Assembly: GCA_964016885.1 (NCBI GenBank)
Contig: OZ024740.1
Span: 334,242,001-334,306,000, forward strand
Direction of reading: 5' to 3'
DNA: 64,000 nt
Source of the DNA: Eledone cirrhosa
Lineage: Eukaryota
The translations under genes were made by a program, and so were the position numbers. Below the pieces are notes generated by a model. The model had not been told where the DNA came from, did not search any database, and saw nothing but the letters and a program-made list of their open reading frames with translations. Of the stretch, positions 44,417-59,140 are shown piece by piece; positions within the stretch are counted from its first letter, which is position 1; each line of letters begins with the position of its first letter.

Positions 44417-45570
44417 ACAGTAACAATAATAAATTTGAAGACTAAAATACAAAGAGGGCTCGATAAGGATAAATATATATCAAATATATAAGAACCGTAG
44501 AGCAAATATTTATTAAAATAACAGATTAAAGTTTAAGCAAAGAATTGCTGCTTTCACCATTAACGGGATCTTCTGAAACTAACAAAGTCAATCTGTGAAC
44601 GCAGAAGTGAATATTTCAAAAAACGTTGCAACCGGAGGAAGACAGAAAGACGATACTTTGGTTCGTGGAAACGTTCCCTGGTAAAGAACGGGAAAAAACG
44701 AATATAATGCGTCATTATTTGGAGCAGTGAAAAACAATTACACGCAAAGACAAAACCACGTTTATGGTATAAAAGAAGTCGTAGACTAATATTCTATTAG
44801 GTGGTTCATAGAGGTGTTCTCTAGCAATGAACGGAAAAAACGAAGATAATACGTCATATGTGTAGCGTAGAGAACAATTGCACGCAAAGACAAAAAAATG
44901 ATATAACTGAAGTCGTAGACTAAAATTCTAACTAGGAAACCGAATGATTCTCGGCTTCAGGGTTAAGAATAAAGTAAATAAAATACAGAGGTAAATGAAA
45001 TTAAATAAATACATACACGTATCCATATGCGTACATACACAAGCATACGCGAAAACACTCGCCATAGGTATACAAATACACGCACGTACACAAAAAAAAA
45101 CAAAAAAAAACAAAAAAAAACAAAAAAAAACTGCACGCACATACAGAACCCACGCAACGCATGTACCCGCACGCATACGAATGTATACACCAATTACACA
45201 TAAAAATACATATATAAAAAAAATATATATATATATATGTGTGTGTGTATACATATAATTAAAAAACGTATATAAATAAGGAAATACGTATATAACAAGC
45301 GCGCACACATGCCAAAAAATACACATTTTTATATACACCAAAAAATACACATTTTTATGTTTATTTGGTGTATACATTCGTATGCGTGCGGGTACAGGCG
45401 TTGCGTGGGTTCTGTATGTGCGTGCGGTTTTTTTTTTGTTTGTGTACGTGTGTGTATTTGTATATCTATTGCGAGTGTTTTCGCGTATGCTTGTGTATGT
45501 ACGTATATGGATGCGTGTATGTATTTATTTAATTTCATTTACCTCTGTATTTTATTTACTTTATTCTTAA
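44417..45570. mobile_element. Long family B copy with internal fold-back
   Basis: 44417-44860 matches 16205-16655; 44965-45207 is the reverse complement of 45352-45570. Confidence 0.78.
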
Positions 45571-45619
45571 GCTTTATTCTTAATTCTTACTTAATTCTTA
45601 ATTCTTACTTTATTCTTAA

Positions 45620-46064
<445 letters not shown>

Positions 46065-46082
46065 GTATATATATATATGTAT

Positions 46083-46410
46083 GGAGGCACATGGCTTAGT
46101 GGTTAGAGCATTGGTCTTGCAATCGAAAGGTTGTGAGTTCAATTCTCAGACCGGGTGATGTGTTGTTTCCTTGAGCAAGACACTTTATTTCACATTGCTC
46201 CAGTTTACTCAGCTGTAGAAATGAGATGATAGGACTGGGGTCCCTATCATTCCACTGCAAAATGGTCGTGGAGGTGCCACGGAAAAAAAGCACCCAGCAC
46301 TCACTGTAAATGAGGATGGTGTTAGGAAGGGCATCCAGCTGTAGAAATCAAGCCAGAATCAGTTCCCGTCCCACCCTTGCAAGCAGGGAAAAGCGGACGT
46401 AAAATGATGA

Positions 46411-46413
<3 letters not shown>
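46083..46413 (+). mobile_element. tRNA-derived SINE family S2 with RTE-like tail
   Basis: Box A TGGCTTAGTGG, box B GAGTTCAATTC, CORE-like tccttgagcaagacacttt, tail aggaagggcatccagctgtagaaa..cggacgtaaaatgatgatga. Confidence 0.8.
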
Positions 46414-46456
<43 letters not shown>

Positions 46457-46513
46457 TTATATATGTATATGAAACAAAAAAAGAGCGCTTACATCATCAA
46501 TTAATCTTTATTT

Positions 46514-46558
46514 GCTGACAGTGTTTCGTCCTTGCATAATTGCAGGACTCATCAGAGC
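46514..46558 (-). ncRNA. Minimal type I hammerhead in PLE3 3' repeat (mutated copy at 51895-51938)
   Basis: Minus strand: GCT-CTGATGA-GTCCTGCA(ATTA)TGCAAGGAC-GAAA-CACTG-TC-AGC then AAATAAA. Confidence 0.82.
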
Positions 46559-47275
46559 GTTATGAAGAGGAATTAGATCAATAGTATAAACTCTACCGAC
46601 CTATATCACAAGAACGATCCATATGTAGCACAGAGGACTAAGAAGAGCGGGGTGCTTGGACGACTCGTCACCTCTAGAAGCCGATACATACGAGATCAAA
46701 ATCAGTTACACTAATTAAAGATAAGGAAAAATAAAAATAAGGAAATTAAAGATAAGAGATAAAGGGTAGAGTCTAGAAGTAAGGATAAAATAAAGATAAC
46801 AATAAGGTGATGATAATATAAGAAAATATAAAAAATATTAATAAAAAATAAAAATAAAAATGAGAATAAAATATGAGAATAAAAATAAAGATAAAAACAA
46901 GAATGAAACATAAAAGGTAACACATTATATAAACAATGCAAATAAAGGCAAATAAATGTAGTTGTAGACAGTAAAGGATTTCAGAGGTGACAGTTTAAGA
47001 ATAATATCAACCAAAGTGAATGATGTAGGCAGAGTCAGATATAGCGGGAGCCAGATAAAGGGATCATAAAGTGGAATTCCATGTATCCATCACAGTATGG
47101 CAACAAGTGTTATAGGTGGCGTTCAAATGCAATGTATCTGAGTGGTTCACAGAACATATAGGTCGCTAAAGCAAAGCGTAGTGGAAGCAGGTGAAAGCAA
47201 TCATCATAGATATCAGTAGTATATAACGTTTGCGTGTGTGTGTGTGTGTGCGTGTAAGTCTACATAGACCTACGT

Positions 47276-47345
<70 letters not shown>

Positions 47346-47349
<4 letters not shown>

Positions 47350-47452
47350 ATAATAATAAATTTGAAGACTAAAATCCAAAGAGGGCTCGATAAGGATAAA
47401 TAATAATAAGCAGCGATTCTTTGCTTAAACTTTAATCTGTTATTTTAATAAA
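47346..47452. mobile_element. Family B mini-copy
   Basis: Inverted tail (47346-47405) fused to sense end aagcagcgattctttgcttaaactttaatctgttatttt. Confidence 0.72.
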
Positions 47453-47471
47453 TATATATATATATATATAT

Positions 47472-48081
47472 ATGGTGGCTGCCAACTCGTTTTCGAGTAC
47501 GGCCACTACTTTATATCCATGTAGGAGAACCCCTACCGATGCGCTGAACGAGTGTGACTTTTTAGTCCAGCCAGCGACTTGAAAACTCTGGTACAAACAC
47601 TACACTTGTGACAATTATTGACACATAGTGCTGGGCCCATGGTACCATGTGACGGCAAGTGCAGAGAGATCTCCAGATATAAAGCAATGCCTGTGCCGTG
47701 AAGCTTTTATAGTGAGCAAAGGCACTGCACAAAGCCAGTCCCACTCTCTTAACCAAGATGATATTTACCAAAAAGAAGAACAAGTCAACATCATTGGATA
47801 CCATCAGGGTTGCAGGTGTTATATCAGAGTTTTCCTTCTCCTAGAATTCTGCCTTGACAAAGGCTAAGGGGTCATCTCTCCCAGTGATTTTGGATGGCCA
47901 TTGACTCTTAAGAGCTCCTTTGCCCTTTGACAGGTTTTGTTTTTAGTCCTGCTGGATGTCCAAAGTCACCCTCCTCACCAAGAATCCTTGGTGGGGTTGC
48001 CAGTTTAGTCGCCAACGACCCGACCATGAAACAGGTTGTACTGGGATACATGTTACCAGTAGCACCAAGTGGTGACCTGAC

Positions 48082-48083
<2 letters not shown>
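47472..48083 (-). mobile_element. RTE-derived non-autonomous element, full copy
   Basis: Near-identical to 15545-16153. Confidence 0.72.
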
Positions 48084-48163
<80 letters not shown>

Positions 48164-49179
48164 CATACATGTATCTACGTGTTCCATTCGTACGTGTTAC
48201 CCCTTACAGTTACAATACCAGCCACTCCGGTCTCATGTTGTGATCAATACCTCCACATCATAGCTGTGGGGTTGTGAATCCATGCAATCCTAAGTTTCCC
48301 AGCATACCACGTGGTGTAACGAATGACTTAAAGTATCCAAGTCATATAAGTATAGATGTAATTATACATATCAAGCTGTAAGGTAGATTCAGCGCATCCA
48401 CAGTATCGTTTACTATGTTCCAACCTGGTACAATGTTATCCAATATGTGTTAATTTAATTGATTAAATCAAATCAATTGACCGTTTAAACCAGTGTTTAC
48501 TGCGTTACAGTGCTTCTGTGTTCTTCACTTTGCCCACATTCAAAGATCAACACTCAGAATATGATGACGTAGTAAACATTTCGAGTGGACATCATAACGC
48601 TCCTAGCAGGCCGGCCAATCCCTTGGGGGAAGGATAAGGGGGGTCAGTCTGGCCGTCTATTTACGAAGATACAGATTAAATTTATTCCGAGATAAGGGGG
48701 ACAACTCTAGATTGTACCTATTTTGACCAAACTCGCCAGAGATAATTAATGCAATATCAAATACCTCCCCCACCCTGGCATTAGTTGTTTACCCGCACTG
48801 AGGCTGGTTATGGTATCAATGTCGAGTTCACTCATAGCACGAGACAGTAATAATCACTAGAGTCTGCTATGGGAGCAATCCTTTTGGGACCCATATATAT
48901 ATACCACTGTTGTTAGCAGTATTCCTACGTTAATTGATCTCTATGAACGGAGAGTAAACTTACCACACTAAAATGTACCATTCCTCAAATTCCAGGTCAA
49001 ATCCAGCGAGATCGAAGTTGGGGTCTCCTTCATACTAGTTGGGTGCGGGTACATTAAGGGGTATGCAAGTTGAAGAGAGTAATGAGTGCTAAAGAAAAGG
49101 ATAAATGAGTGCTAAAGAAAAAGAAAAAGAACCTAAGTTAAGAACGGCTTATCTAGATACTCGGCTTAAAATAGAAGAA

Positions 49180-51669
49180 AGAACTTAGGATTATGTGCGG
49201 ACAGAAGGAAAATATCTCAGATTTCATATTGAGCAGCTTTGTCTGGAGTAAACTATGGCGTTAGATTCCAGAAGGCAGAGGTTACACATTTTGCTCGGTG
49301 GGCGTTAAGGTGAAGACTTAGCCACCTGTCTCTAATTAAGAGTATAGGAGGTGCCGGCTTTTTTTAAAACGGAAATATAGCCTGCCAACAAGGTTGTATT
49401 CTTAAGCCTATCATGCCTAAAGTTGCCTCTATGTGAGTTATATCACGTTTTAAACGAGGTGGATGTTGAGCCAATGTAGGTTTTGGTAGAGGTAGGTGTT
49501 GTGACGTCACAAGCATAGACTCTATTTTTCATGAGGCAGTGGCCCCTGAGAGGGCAACTATCTCTCCGCCTACAATTACAGTTGCGGATTGTGTCATTCA
49601 ACATGCGTCGAGACCAGTGGTTGTTTACAGTATCCCGAAGCATTACTTGTGCATTTGGTGGGTCACTAGCTCCATCAGGCAACCCATTTCCCAGTGGGTT
49701 AGGTGGTTGGTGGTTATTTGCAGATATGATGGTCTCAAAACTCTCCCTAATGTTCCTATTATTTGTGAGTGCTAAGTGTGAGGTTAGAATAGGTGTAGTA
49801 GAATAGGATAATTTAATTGTATTTTTATTAATAATACTGTGACATCTACTGCCTGGCGGGAAGTTCTTTTCTAGTATCGAGAAGAACATTCTAGGAAGGT
49901 TGGTAAGGACTTCAGTATTATAAGGTGGGTTGAAATAAGCGTTTTGCCTTCTATTTTCCATAGTTCTCCTATTTAGAGGGTTATTACTGTTAGGGTTTAC
50001 GTGATGCGGCTGTGCTGCGTTATTTAGGTTACTACCAGTCGTTTCCATTTCCTTGGTTTCTATCTTTAACTCCAATCACGCCGTTATTAGTATTACTGCC
50101 ATTGGTATTGGGCAGGTTGTTGGTGTGCCTATATGGCTTTGGCCGGGCTGGATTATTTACGCTGTGATTCTTACTCCTATTCCTATTTCTATTACGGTTA
50201 TTATTTATATATATATTGTGTGTAATTATAGTATTTAGCCTAGTATAGGTGCTTTGGTTTTTGCTGTGTATATAAAATAGCATATTTTTATAACCAGATT
50301 TTGCTAAGGCTTCATTATAGTATCCAGCATTGGAGTTGAATGCATTCTCACTATACGATAGCCTGCTAATTATATTTGAAACTCCTTTAATAATAGCGTT
50401 TAGGACCGATTTAGGATGGTTGGAGCTGGCATTTACATAGGTTAGTTTCTCATTAGGTTTATGGTATGGTGCGAATGTTTTATTTTCTAAGTCTAGGGTT
50501 GCATCTAAGAAGTTAACTGTTTTATTATTCTTATCTATAGTAATACTAAGGTTGAAACTTTTAAAGAATCCATGCAGGTCATTCTTGGTTCATTCAATAT
50601 TGTGCCTTTTATATTCAAGAGTAAATAAAGCGTCGTCCCGATACAGCCCGCCTCGGAGGTTTGGGAATGTTTCGTGTAACTCATTTAGGAGGTACAGTCC
50701 GACGAGATCCGTAACCTGTGCTGAGTCACTAGACCCGATAGTGATATCAAAGTTATTGGGTGTGTTCCTCCGTGTCCATACTCGTCCTCAAACATGATTA
50801 TCGTTTTACGCGCGGCAAGAACAATATCAATCTGGGATCTAGTGAGCCTTATTTAAGCGGATCGTGGAGATAGAGGTATAGTATGCATCAATATCAAACT
50901 GTATAAACCTAAGAGACTTATGGTTACTAATGCTTGAGAACCATTTTAATACCTCATCAGTGTTCCCCCACAGGTCTAGGTGAATTTTATTTCTGATAAC
51001 TGGTATAATTCCATTTAAAATCTTCTTGCTTATGATCCCTATATCTGATTTAGATGGGCTTATTAGCCTAACAGATGGCTTACTAATGAAGTCAACCTTA
51101 TGGTCCTTAAGTGTAAATCTATGTTGTCTAGGGGCATAGGGTTGGGTATTCTTCTCAAGCCCTAATTTCTCAACAATCGCACGTCCCTTCTTATTAATCT
51201 CATCCAGGTTGGAATAGGGAGTTTTTTAATAGTTTATATACAGTTCGTTATATATAAATTTACGATACGTATCATAGTCTAAGCTATATATGTTGTTAGT
51301 CTTATCCGAAGGGGCAAGGATAGATTCTTTATCACTAAAGCATTTAACTAAATATTTGAGCTTATTACAGAATTTATTACTGTTCTTATGAAAATTTCTA
51401 TATTTAATGTTCCTTACAAGGGACAAAAGATCACTCTCAAAGCCATCCAGCATAGTGTTGTGTGGTGGGCTCCTATAAGTTTTAAATCCATACTTATTAT
51501 TAGAGGTTACCTGCTGGGGATTCTCACGTTTCCTGTCAAAATGGAAAGTGCGCCACCTAATACGCTTAACGAAGGAGTTTACACTGGCGATAAGTACTTT
51601 TTCATAGGTGTTCCTAGATGGGGCGGGTACGTTCTTGAGTGATACAGGCAGGTAGTCTTTTGTTAGCAT
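49180..51669 (-). pseudogene. PLE3 RT + GIY-YIG, decayed
   Basis: SLKNVPAPS..FVKRIRWR..YGFKT..SDKTNNIY; FDITIGSSDSAQVTDLVGLYLL..GGLYRDD (~50630-50770); YFNPPY..IKLSYS; CNCRRRDSCPLRGHC..VY..TYIGSTSTSFKT; CNLCLLE. Confidence 0.88.
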
Positions 51670-51937
51670 ACTGTCAGGTATTTATAATCGTACACGGTCA
51701 GTGTACAGGTTATAGTTATTAGCTCTACCGGGGGGGGGGGGAGCCGTGTATTATGTTTAGACAACAGAACGTGTGTATAAGATACAGGCGTCCTGTCGAA
51801 TTTATGACAGTTTTTAATTAGCTCAATGCTTGAAAGCAGAGCCGTTATATGAAACAAATCAAAGAGCGCTTCTATCATCAATTAATCTTTATTTGCTGCA
51901 GTGTTTCGTCATTGCATAATTGCAGGAATCATCAGAG

Positions 51938-52017
<80 letters not shown>

Positions 52018-53191
52018 TGGATATATAGGATAAATAAGGGAGACATCAGTAGGCGTAATGGATTTTTATTCATATATGCATATGCGTATTTTTTAAGAGC
52101 CCACTCGATGCGTCTGCCGCAGTCAAGTCCTCAGCGTGGGGGATGCTCTACTACATACTAGCCTTAACTTCGTCCGATGCCTCATTGTCGCGATAGTTTG
52201 AGATGATAGCTGGCTATGTAAGCGCTTCCCTAAAATATCCACCATCGCCAAAGCCCCAAAATAGGTAATGTGCAGAACTAATCAAGGAGCTAGTCACAAC
52301 GACCTAGGCGTTGTGCCTCACGGTTACACACTGTTACAATCTAGTGCTATCAGGAAAACCTAATAATGCATTTGTGAGGCATTTTGGCATAAAACTGCCA
52401 CGGGCATATTATCTCCCTGTCTCTTTCGTTACAATTAATCCAAGATTTCCTGGCAACGAAAGACATTTTGAAAATTTGCCAGGCTACATTCTAATCCGGT
52501 GTGACTGTTTCTGACTTTTCTTTTGTTTCTATAAATAAAGATTATTTAACCGAGAGGACAATTATGCAAACTACAACGGTAGAGCAGAGAGTCATTCCAC
52601 TAGAAGCTTGTCAAACGTGCTTTGAACAGGATTAGCAATTGATCCTCAACAAATGCATAATTGTTAATCGCCGCCTATCCTGCGATTCATATATCCATGT
52701 CACTCGCAAACACTCTTCATGTCCTTCCTTTAAATATTGTATTTCAAAATGTCATTCCTTTACTAGTTATTTTGAATGCAAAGAAAATAATTTCTATTCA
52801 CTACGAATCCTTTCTAGTGTCAACATATATGTTTTAAAACAAGATAAATGTTGTTGAAAAAAAAGACTTAATATCTGTTTGAATCTAGAATTTCAAGTAT
52901 TCATCACTGAATGGTATTGCGAAAATATTTACATTATTTGTAAACCATAATTCTAGTTATTTTATGGTTGTATATGTTATTTCAGTTCAGTGAGTTTGTT
53001 GTTTCATGTGCATATGTCACTGTATTAATATTGAAGTAACTATTGTCTGATCAAGAATATATATCTAGCTACATTCCCCTTTTGTATTTTGATTGTGCTT
53101 GCATTGTGTTATGAACGAGATATTAATATTCAAATATGCCTTGGTGAAAAATGATAAATATCTATGCATTCTCAAGAGTAGCAGTATTCTA

Positions 53192-53238
<47 letters not shown>

Positions 53239-53242
<4 letters not shown>

Positions 53243-54609
53243 TTATTTTCTTTTGGTCGTTTCGGAAGCCTCAACAATGCAGATGGATAATTTTCAGGGT
53301 AACAGGATCCGGTGGTGAAGAGAGAGATGTGAGGGAATGTAGAATGAGATGTATAGTGTGTAGAGGAACGTAAGAAAGAGCGTAAAAAATAAAAATAATA
53401 ACACGAGATAGAGTTACCTTGGGAGAGATTTAATTGTCCCTATATTTCAGATTCGCATCCATCAACTGGGGCTGGGTGGGTCGGGGGGGGGGGGGGGTGT
53501 TATATGTCGGAGAGGAACGGTACATGTCCTCTGCTGTTCATTGTTTTGACTAACTGAGGTATACTTCCTTAAAATGCCACACCTGGGCGAGAATACCACC
53601 AACGATATCCGCAAGGCTATACGGAGGGAGGGCCTTGACATCCACCTGGCCCACTCGGGCCCCTCCAGGAAACCCGGGAAATCGACTGACGCGTGTTCCC
53701 TCAGAAACTGCTCGATGCGCCATACGAACTGTTGCTTACGCACATACGTCGTGTATAATGTAGAATGTGACAACTGCAACCACTACTATATCGGTAGCAC
53801 AATCCGGCCGCTACACATCCGGATCAAGGAGCACATCAACACCAGGGCCTCGTGTTTCCGGAAACACATAACCAAATGCGTAAACAGAGACGGAAGGCCC
53901 ATTGTCACAGTGCTAGCGACAGAACGCAACGTCGGCACGTTACGAATCAAGGAATCACTTTGGATCAAACGCATAGGGCCACAAATAAAAAACCGATCCG
54001 AGAGAAGCGAAATGAGGTGGTTGGTGTAAACAAATGAGACAACAACACACACACACACATAGTAGCATTCCACCAACCAGGCAAACGAATACTACTACCA
54101 TAGGAATATACTACACTACTAATACAGAAACCAGCACAGATAGATAGTACAATGGATTGACATCTTACGCCACCTCACTCCCACAATTAAAAGAACTACC
54201 TCGACCGTCGACCTTTGCTTGAGCGGACTTATTGAGCGCGCACTCGCGCTCTGCTGAATACCTCAGTTAATCAAATCAACGAACAGCAGAGGACACGTAC
54301 CGTTCCTCTCCGACAGATAAGCTCTCCCTCCGGAAAACCCCCTAGTTGACTGATGCGAATCTTAAATATAGGGACAACTAAATCTCTCCCAAGGTAACTC
54401 TATCTCGTATTATTATTTTTATTTTTTACGCTCTTTCCTACGTTCCTCTACACACTATACATCTCATTCTGTATTCCCTTACATCTCTCTCTTCACCACC
54501 GGATCCTATTACCCGTAGAATTACCCATCTGTATTGTTGAGGCTTCCAAAACGACCAAAAGAAAATAAATCTTATTATTCCACAATGCTTCAAGCAAACT
54601 TCAATACTC

Positions 54610-54613
<4 letters not shown>
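53239..54613 (+). mobile_element. 5'-truncated Penelope-like element PLE4 with inverted 5' repeat
   Basis: 53239-53563 is a diverged reverse complement of 54258-54572; the sense arm has an extra ~40-bp tail; (TA)n at both ends. Confidence 0.85.
53574..54029 (+). pseudogene. PLE4 C-terminal GIY-YIG endonuclease fragment
   Basis: CSLRNC..C..YVVYNVECDNCNHYYIGSTIRPLHIRIKEH..H..C..LRIKESLWIKRIGPQIKNR. Confidence 0.88.
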
Positions 54614-54645
<32 letters not shown>

Positions 54646-54649
<4 letters not shown>

Positions 54650-54877
54650 AGCAACACAACACAATTATCCCATTTACCAAAGGTTTCACGAAGACAGACG
54701 ACACAGACGTCTGGAGTCGTTCTGACGAACAATTTCAAACGTCTGTGTCGAGCTCGTCTGTCTTCGTGAAACATTTGGTAAATGGAATAATTGTCTTATG
54801 TTTATTGCATAACTAAATAGCTCTGTAGCCTACATAGAGCACTGTCTTTTCCTTTACCTTTCCTACGGAAACACTTA

Positions 54878-54878
<1 letters not shown>
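54646..54878. mobile_element. Family D mini-element: inverted arm + hammerhead (54718-54784 +) + tail
   Basis: 54661-54710 is the reverse complement of 54739-54794; CGTT-CTGACGA-AC...GT-GAAA-CATTTGG-TA-AATG (the other arm reads ACC-TTT-GGT for stem III). Confidence 0.65.
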
Positions 54879-54913
<35 letters not shown>

Positions 54914-54934
54914 TTGTATGCGTGTGTGTGTGTG

Positions 54935-55057
<123 letters not shown>

Positions 55058-55074
55058 TTATTAAAATTTAAGGT

Positions 55075-55285
55075 GATAGAAATGAGTTGCGACGTAACTG
55101 CTGCCAAGCTGTATCCGTCCTTTCCTTTCCCTAGGATAACATCAGTGCTGTGGAGAGGGGGTCTGATATGCATGAGCATGAGCGACTGTTGGTCCTCAAC
55201 AAACAAACCTTGCCCAGGTTTGTGCCTCGAAGGGAAAGTTTCTATGTGCAAATCCATGATCATTAGTGACCGAATTCGGGTTTTA
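55075..55285 (+). mobile_element. 3' part of S2-related SINE
   Basis: tagaaatgagttgcgacgt..ccaagctgtatc..ccttgcccaggtttgtgcctcgaagggaa matches the reverse complement of 60760-60940. Confidence 0.65.
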
Positions 55286-55379
55286 AATAAATATATGTAT
55301 ATACTGTATATATGTAGACAACGGATCATATTTACATATGCACATCTGCAAAATGTCATATATATATATATATATATAA

Positions 55380-55965
55380 TAATAACTATAATTCGAAGAG
55401 AGCTCGATAAGGATAAGTATATATCAAATATATAAGAACCCTAGTGCAAAAATATGTGTATTTGGTTTATACGTTCGTATGTGTGCGCGTGTTTATGTAT
55501 ACGTGTATGTATTTGCATGCATGGCATGTGTTTTCGCGTATGCACGTGTATGTACGTATATAGATGTGTGTATGTATATATTTAATTATTATTACTTTAA
55601 TAACCTCTGTCATTTTCGTTCTAGTAAATTATATACATTTTTCTTAACTCCGAAACCGAGAATCATTCAGTTTCCTAAATAGATTATTTGTCTATGACTC
55701 CATTTATACCATAAACGTGGTTTTGTCTTTACGTGTATTTGTTCTCATCTCACAACATAACGACGTATTATCCTCGCTTTTTTCCGTGCATTGCCAGGAA
55801 TGTCTTCGCGAACCGAAGTATCGTGTTCCTGTTTTGCTTCGGTTGCAACGTTTTTCGAAATATTCACTTCTACGTTCACATACTGATATTTTTAGTTTCA
55901 GAAGATCCCGTTATGGGTGAAAGCAGCGATTATTTGCTTAAAGTTTAATCTGTTATATTAATTTA
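55380..55965. mobile_element. Family B copy (inverted tail + long sense arm); further fragment 57085-57155 (-)
   Basis: Homologous to 44417-45200. Confidence 0.75.
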
Positions 55966-55969
55966 TATA

Positions 55970-56076
55970 TAAAAGGAAAAAATGAAACGAAATTTCATTT
56001 CTCACTCTTAGTACGGCTGTTACTTAAATATAAGTATGTATACGTACATACATATATGTATACAGACGTACAGTAG

Positions 56077-56149
<73 letters not shown>

Positions 56150-56976
56150 GCACACATATATATATGTAAGTATGGATTCACCGAATATTTATTATAATGC
56201 TCGGTGTGTTTGTAAACAAACATCCCGTATTAAGCCGTACAGTGTCTAGCAACCATCGTTGCTCATTTGTTCAACCCTGACAAAGGAACGCTCTAGTAGT
56301 TTCAAGCTTATTAGCTATCATCAGTAACGTATACCTTCCTGCCAGATGGTTGAATGTCTGAAAGTATAAACTTTCCTTATGCATATTAACAGCTGAGCAG
56401 CCTAATTTGCATATCAACGATCGTTGCTAGACACTGTACGTCTTAATTCGGGATGTTTGTTTACAAACACACCGAGCATTATAATAAATGTTCGGTGAAT
56501 CCATACGTACATATATATATATATGTGTTCATGTATGTATATATATATATATATATATATATACATACTACTGTACGTCTGTATACATATATGTATGTAC
56601 GTATACATAGTTATATTTAAGTAACAGCCGTACTAAGAGTGAGAAATGAAATTTCGTTTCATTATTTCTGTTTATCTTTTTCGGTACCCCGGCCGATTAA
56701 CTCACTCGATATGCAAATTAGGCTGCACAGCCGTTAATATGCATAAGGAAAGTTTATACTTTCAGACGTTCAACCATCTGGCAGGAAGGTATACATTGCT
56801 GACGATAGCTAATAAGCTTGAAATTAGTACAGCCTTCCTTTGTCAGGGTTGAACAAATGAGCAACGATGGTTGCTAGTCACTGTACGGCTTAATTCGGGA
56901 TGTTTGTTTACAAACACACCGACAATTATAATAAATGTTCGGTGAATCCATACGTACATATATATATGTGTGCATG

Positions 56977-57026
<50 letters not shown>

Positions 57027-57072
57027 CTACTGTACGTCTGTATACATATATGTATGTACGTATACATACTTA
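55970..57072. mobile_element. Family C array: one inverted unit + ~1.5 tandem units, HHRs at ~56290-56330 (-) and 56796-56832 (+)
   Basis: 56416-56615 repeats at 56863-57072 (period ~447); 55985-56415 is inverted; TTG-CTGACGA-tAGCT(AATA)AGCTt-GAAA-TTAG-TA-CAG. Confidence 0.75.
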
Positions 57073-57149
57073 AATTTATATATATAAATATTAAAATAAC
57101 AGATTAAAGTTTAAGCAAAAGATCGCTGCTTTCACCCTTAACACGGGAC

Positions 57150-57186
<37 letters not shown>

Positions 57187-57300
57187 GTCGGGGTCTTGAA
57201 CATTTTCCTATTATCCCCTCTACTACCTAAAGTATCGACTACTATGGTGCGTTATGGACCACCTGGTTCCTTACTACACTTCCTTCGTTATATATATATG

Positions 57301-57409
<109 letters not shown>

Positions 57410-58685
57410 ATATATATATATACACATACATATATATATATATATATACACATACATACATATTATAGACTTATAATTAAATAGATATATATATGTGTGT
57501 GTGACAAGATTTCAAATCATCATTTACAAATATTTGTTATATAAGCCACAGACTACGCGGTTTTATATGTAAATGCGTGGGTGCACACCGTGTGTTGTGT
57601 TGTGTGTGTCTATGTGTGGGGGTGAAATAGAGATCGAGATACTATAACATCGTCCTATATTTGACTGGCGTTTTTAGAAAGAAATCGAAATATCGATGTA
57701 GACCTCATTAGAAATATTAAGTAGCATGTCTAAATAATATTTTCTTTCACCTTAAAACTTGCTTATACGGATGTGGGATAATGGTTATTAAATGGTATCG
57801 TAATTATGAACAAATATTGAGAGATCATTTAGTGGATTATATATATGTAAAGGAATAGAGAAATATTTATTTTAATCATTACAGTTTAAGATTTGGAATT
57901 GATAATATTAGTGATGTAAATTTTAATTTTGATATCCTTACTGATCTAAATTTTAAATTGTTAATCACATTCTTAATCTAATTGCTTATCATGTAAATAT
58001 TAAATCAATTCAGATAATTATATTTGGAAAATTTCCTTTTGGAATCCAAGTTCACTAAAATCTGATTTTGATGTATATGAGAAACTAATAATTTACAAAG
58101 AAACCCACATGCATGAAATGTGTCTAAATCGTAATATATCAGAGAGTATTACTCATTTCCAACAGCTTTAAAATTGGTTGTATGATGAATGAGTTTTTCG
58201 ATTTAAAAGTTCATTTCTCTATTACACTCTCTAATGACAATACAGTTGCATGTGAAGTAGAGCGTAGACAGACATTAGAAAGGGAAATATGTCTCGTAAA
58301 GTGTATATATCCCAGATTTATGAATGTTAGAATACAGCACCGGAGAAACAAATTTAAGTATGAAGAAATTAAATACTGCCGTTCCTGCATAATGTTTAAC
58401 AATAGTTTGCACACTATTTTATTGTGTTGGTGAAGGAAAGAAAATGAAGTCACATACTTAACATTTCTATAATAGAATCTTATTGGAGGACATGCCCAGA
58501 AGGACACTATAAATTTATTAGTTATTCTGTTTTGTAGCACGATGAATATATTCAGTAAATTAGTAATAACTAAACAAATCTTTTCCCAGTTAGCTATCAT
58601 TAGTTTACATTGGATTACTAAAACTTCTTGCAAAACCGCTTCAGATCAATATGTAATATCTTAGAAAAAAGAACACATGCATGTA

Positions 58686-59140
58686 ATAATAATTGTTTCT
58701 ACGTTAGGCACAAGGCCAGCAATTACCCAGTGCATTACTGGTACTTTATTTTATCGACCCCGTAAGGATGAAAGGCAAAGTCAAGCTCGGCGGGATTTGA
58801 ACTCAGATCGTAAAGGGACGTAACTATGCTGGAAAGCATGGCGTCCGACCCTCTACCGATACTGCCAATCCACCGCCCATGCATGTAATAATAATACTAA
58901 GAGATACTGGTTGACGTGGATATGAATATATAGACATATATACTGCATTATGATATTGGCAGTATCGGTAGAGGCTCGGACGCTATGCTTTGACGCATAG
59001 AGTTACAGCCCTTGCCATTCTGAGTTCGAATCCCACCGAGGTTAACTTTGCCTTTCATCCTTACGGGGTTGATAAAATAAAGTACCAGTAATGCACTGGT
59101 GAATTGCTGGCCTTGTGCCAAAAAGTAGAAACAATTATGA
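58686..59140. mobile_element. Head-to-head S1 SINE pair
   Basis: 58686-58878 (-) with TSD catgcatgtaataataat; 58955-59140 (+). Confidence 0.85.

Larger units (their letters stand above)
46467..51939 (-). mobile_element. Penelope-like element PLE3 (different clade, possibly Nematis-like) with ~93-bp direct terminal repeats; interrupted at ~47235-48170
   Basis: 46467-46559 resembles 51847-51939; coding remnants lie between them; both ends in (TA)n. Confidence 0.72.

Noticed and set aside
46085-46160. tRNA gene
   Set aside because: A/B boxes are present but there is no acceptor stem and it continues into SINE core and tail.
49443-49445. In-frame TGA inside the PLE3 GIY-YIG as possible selenocysteine
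   Set aside because: It sits at the conserved Arg (FKxRY), consistent with CGA>TGA decay, not a Cys position; the element has other lesions.
54530-54560. Hammerhead in the PLE4 terminal repeat
   Set aside because: Only TTGTTGA-GG(CTT)CC-(G/A)AAA-CGACC is visible; core and cleavage triplet are too degraded to call.
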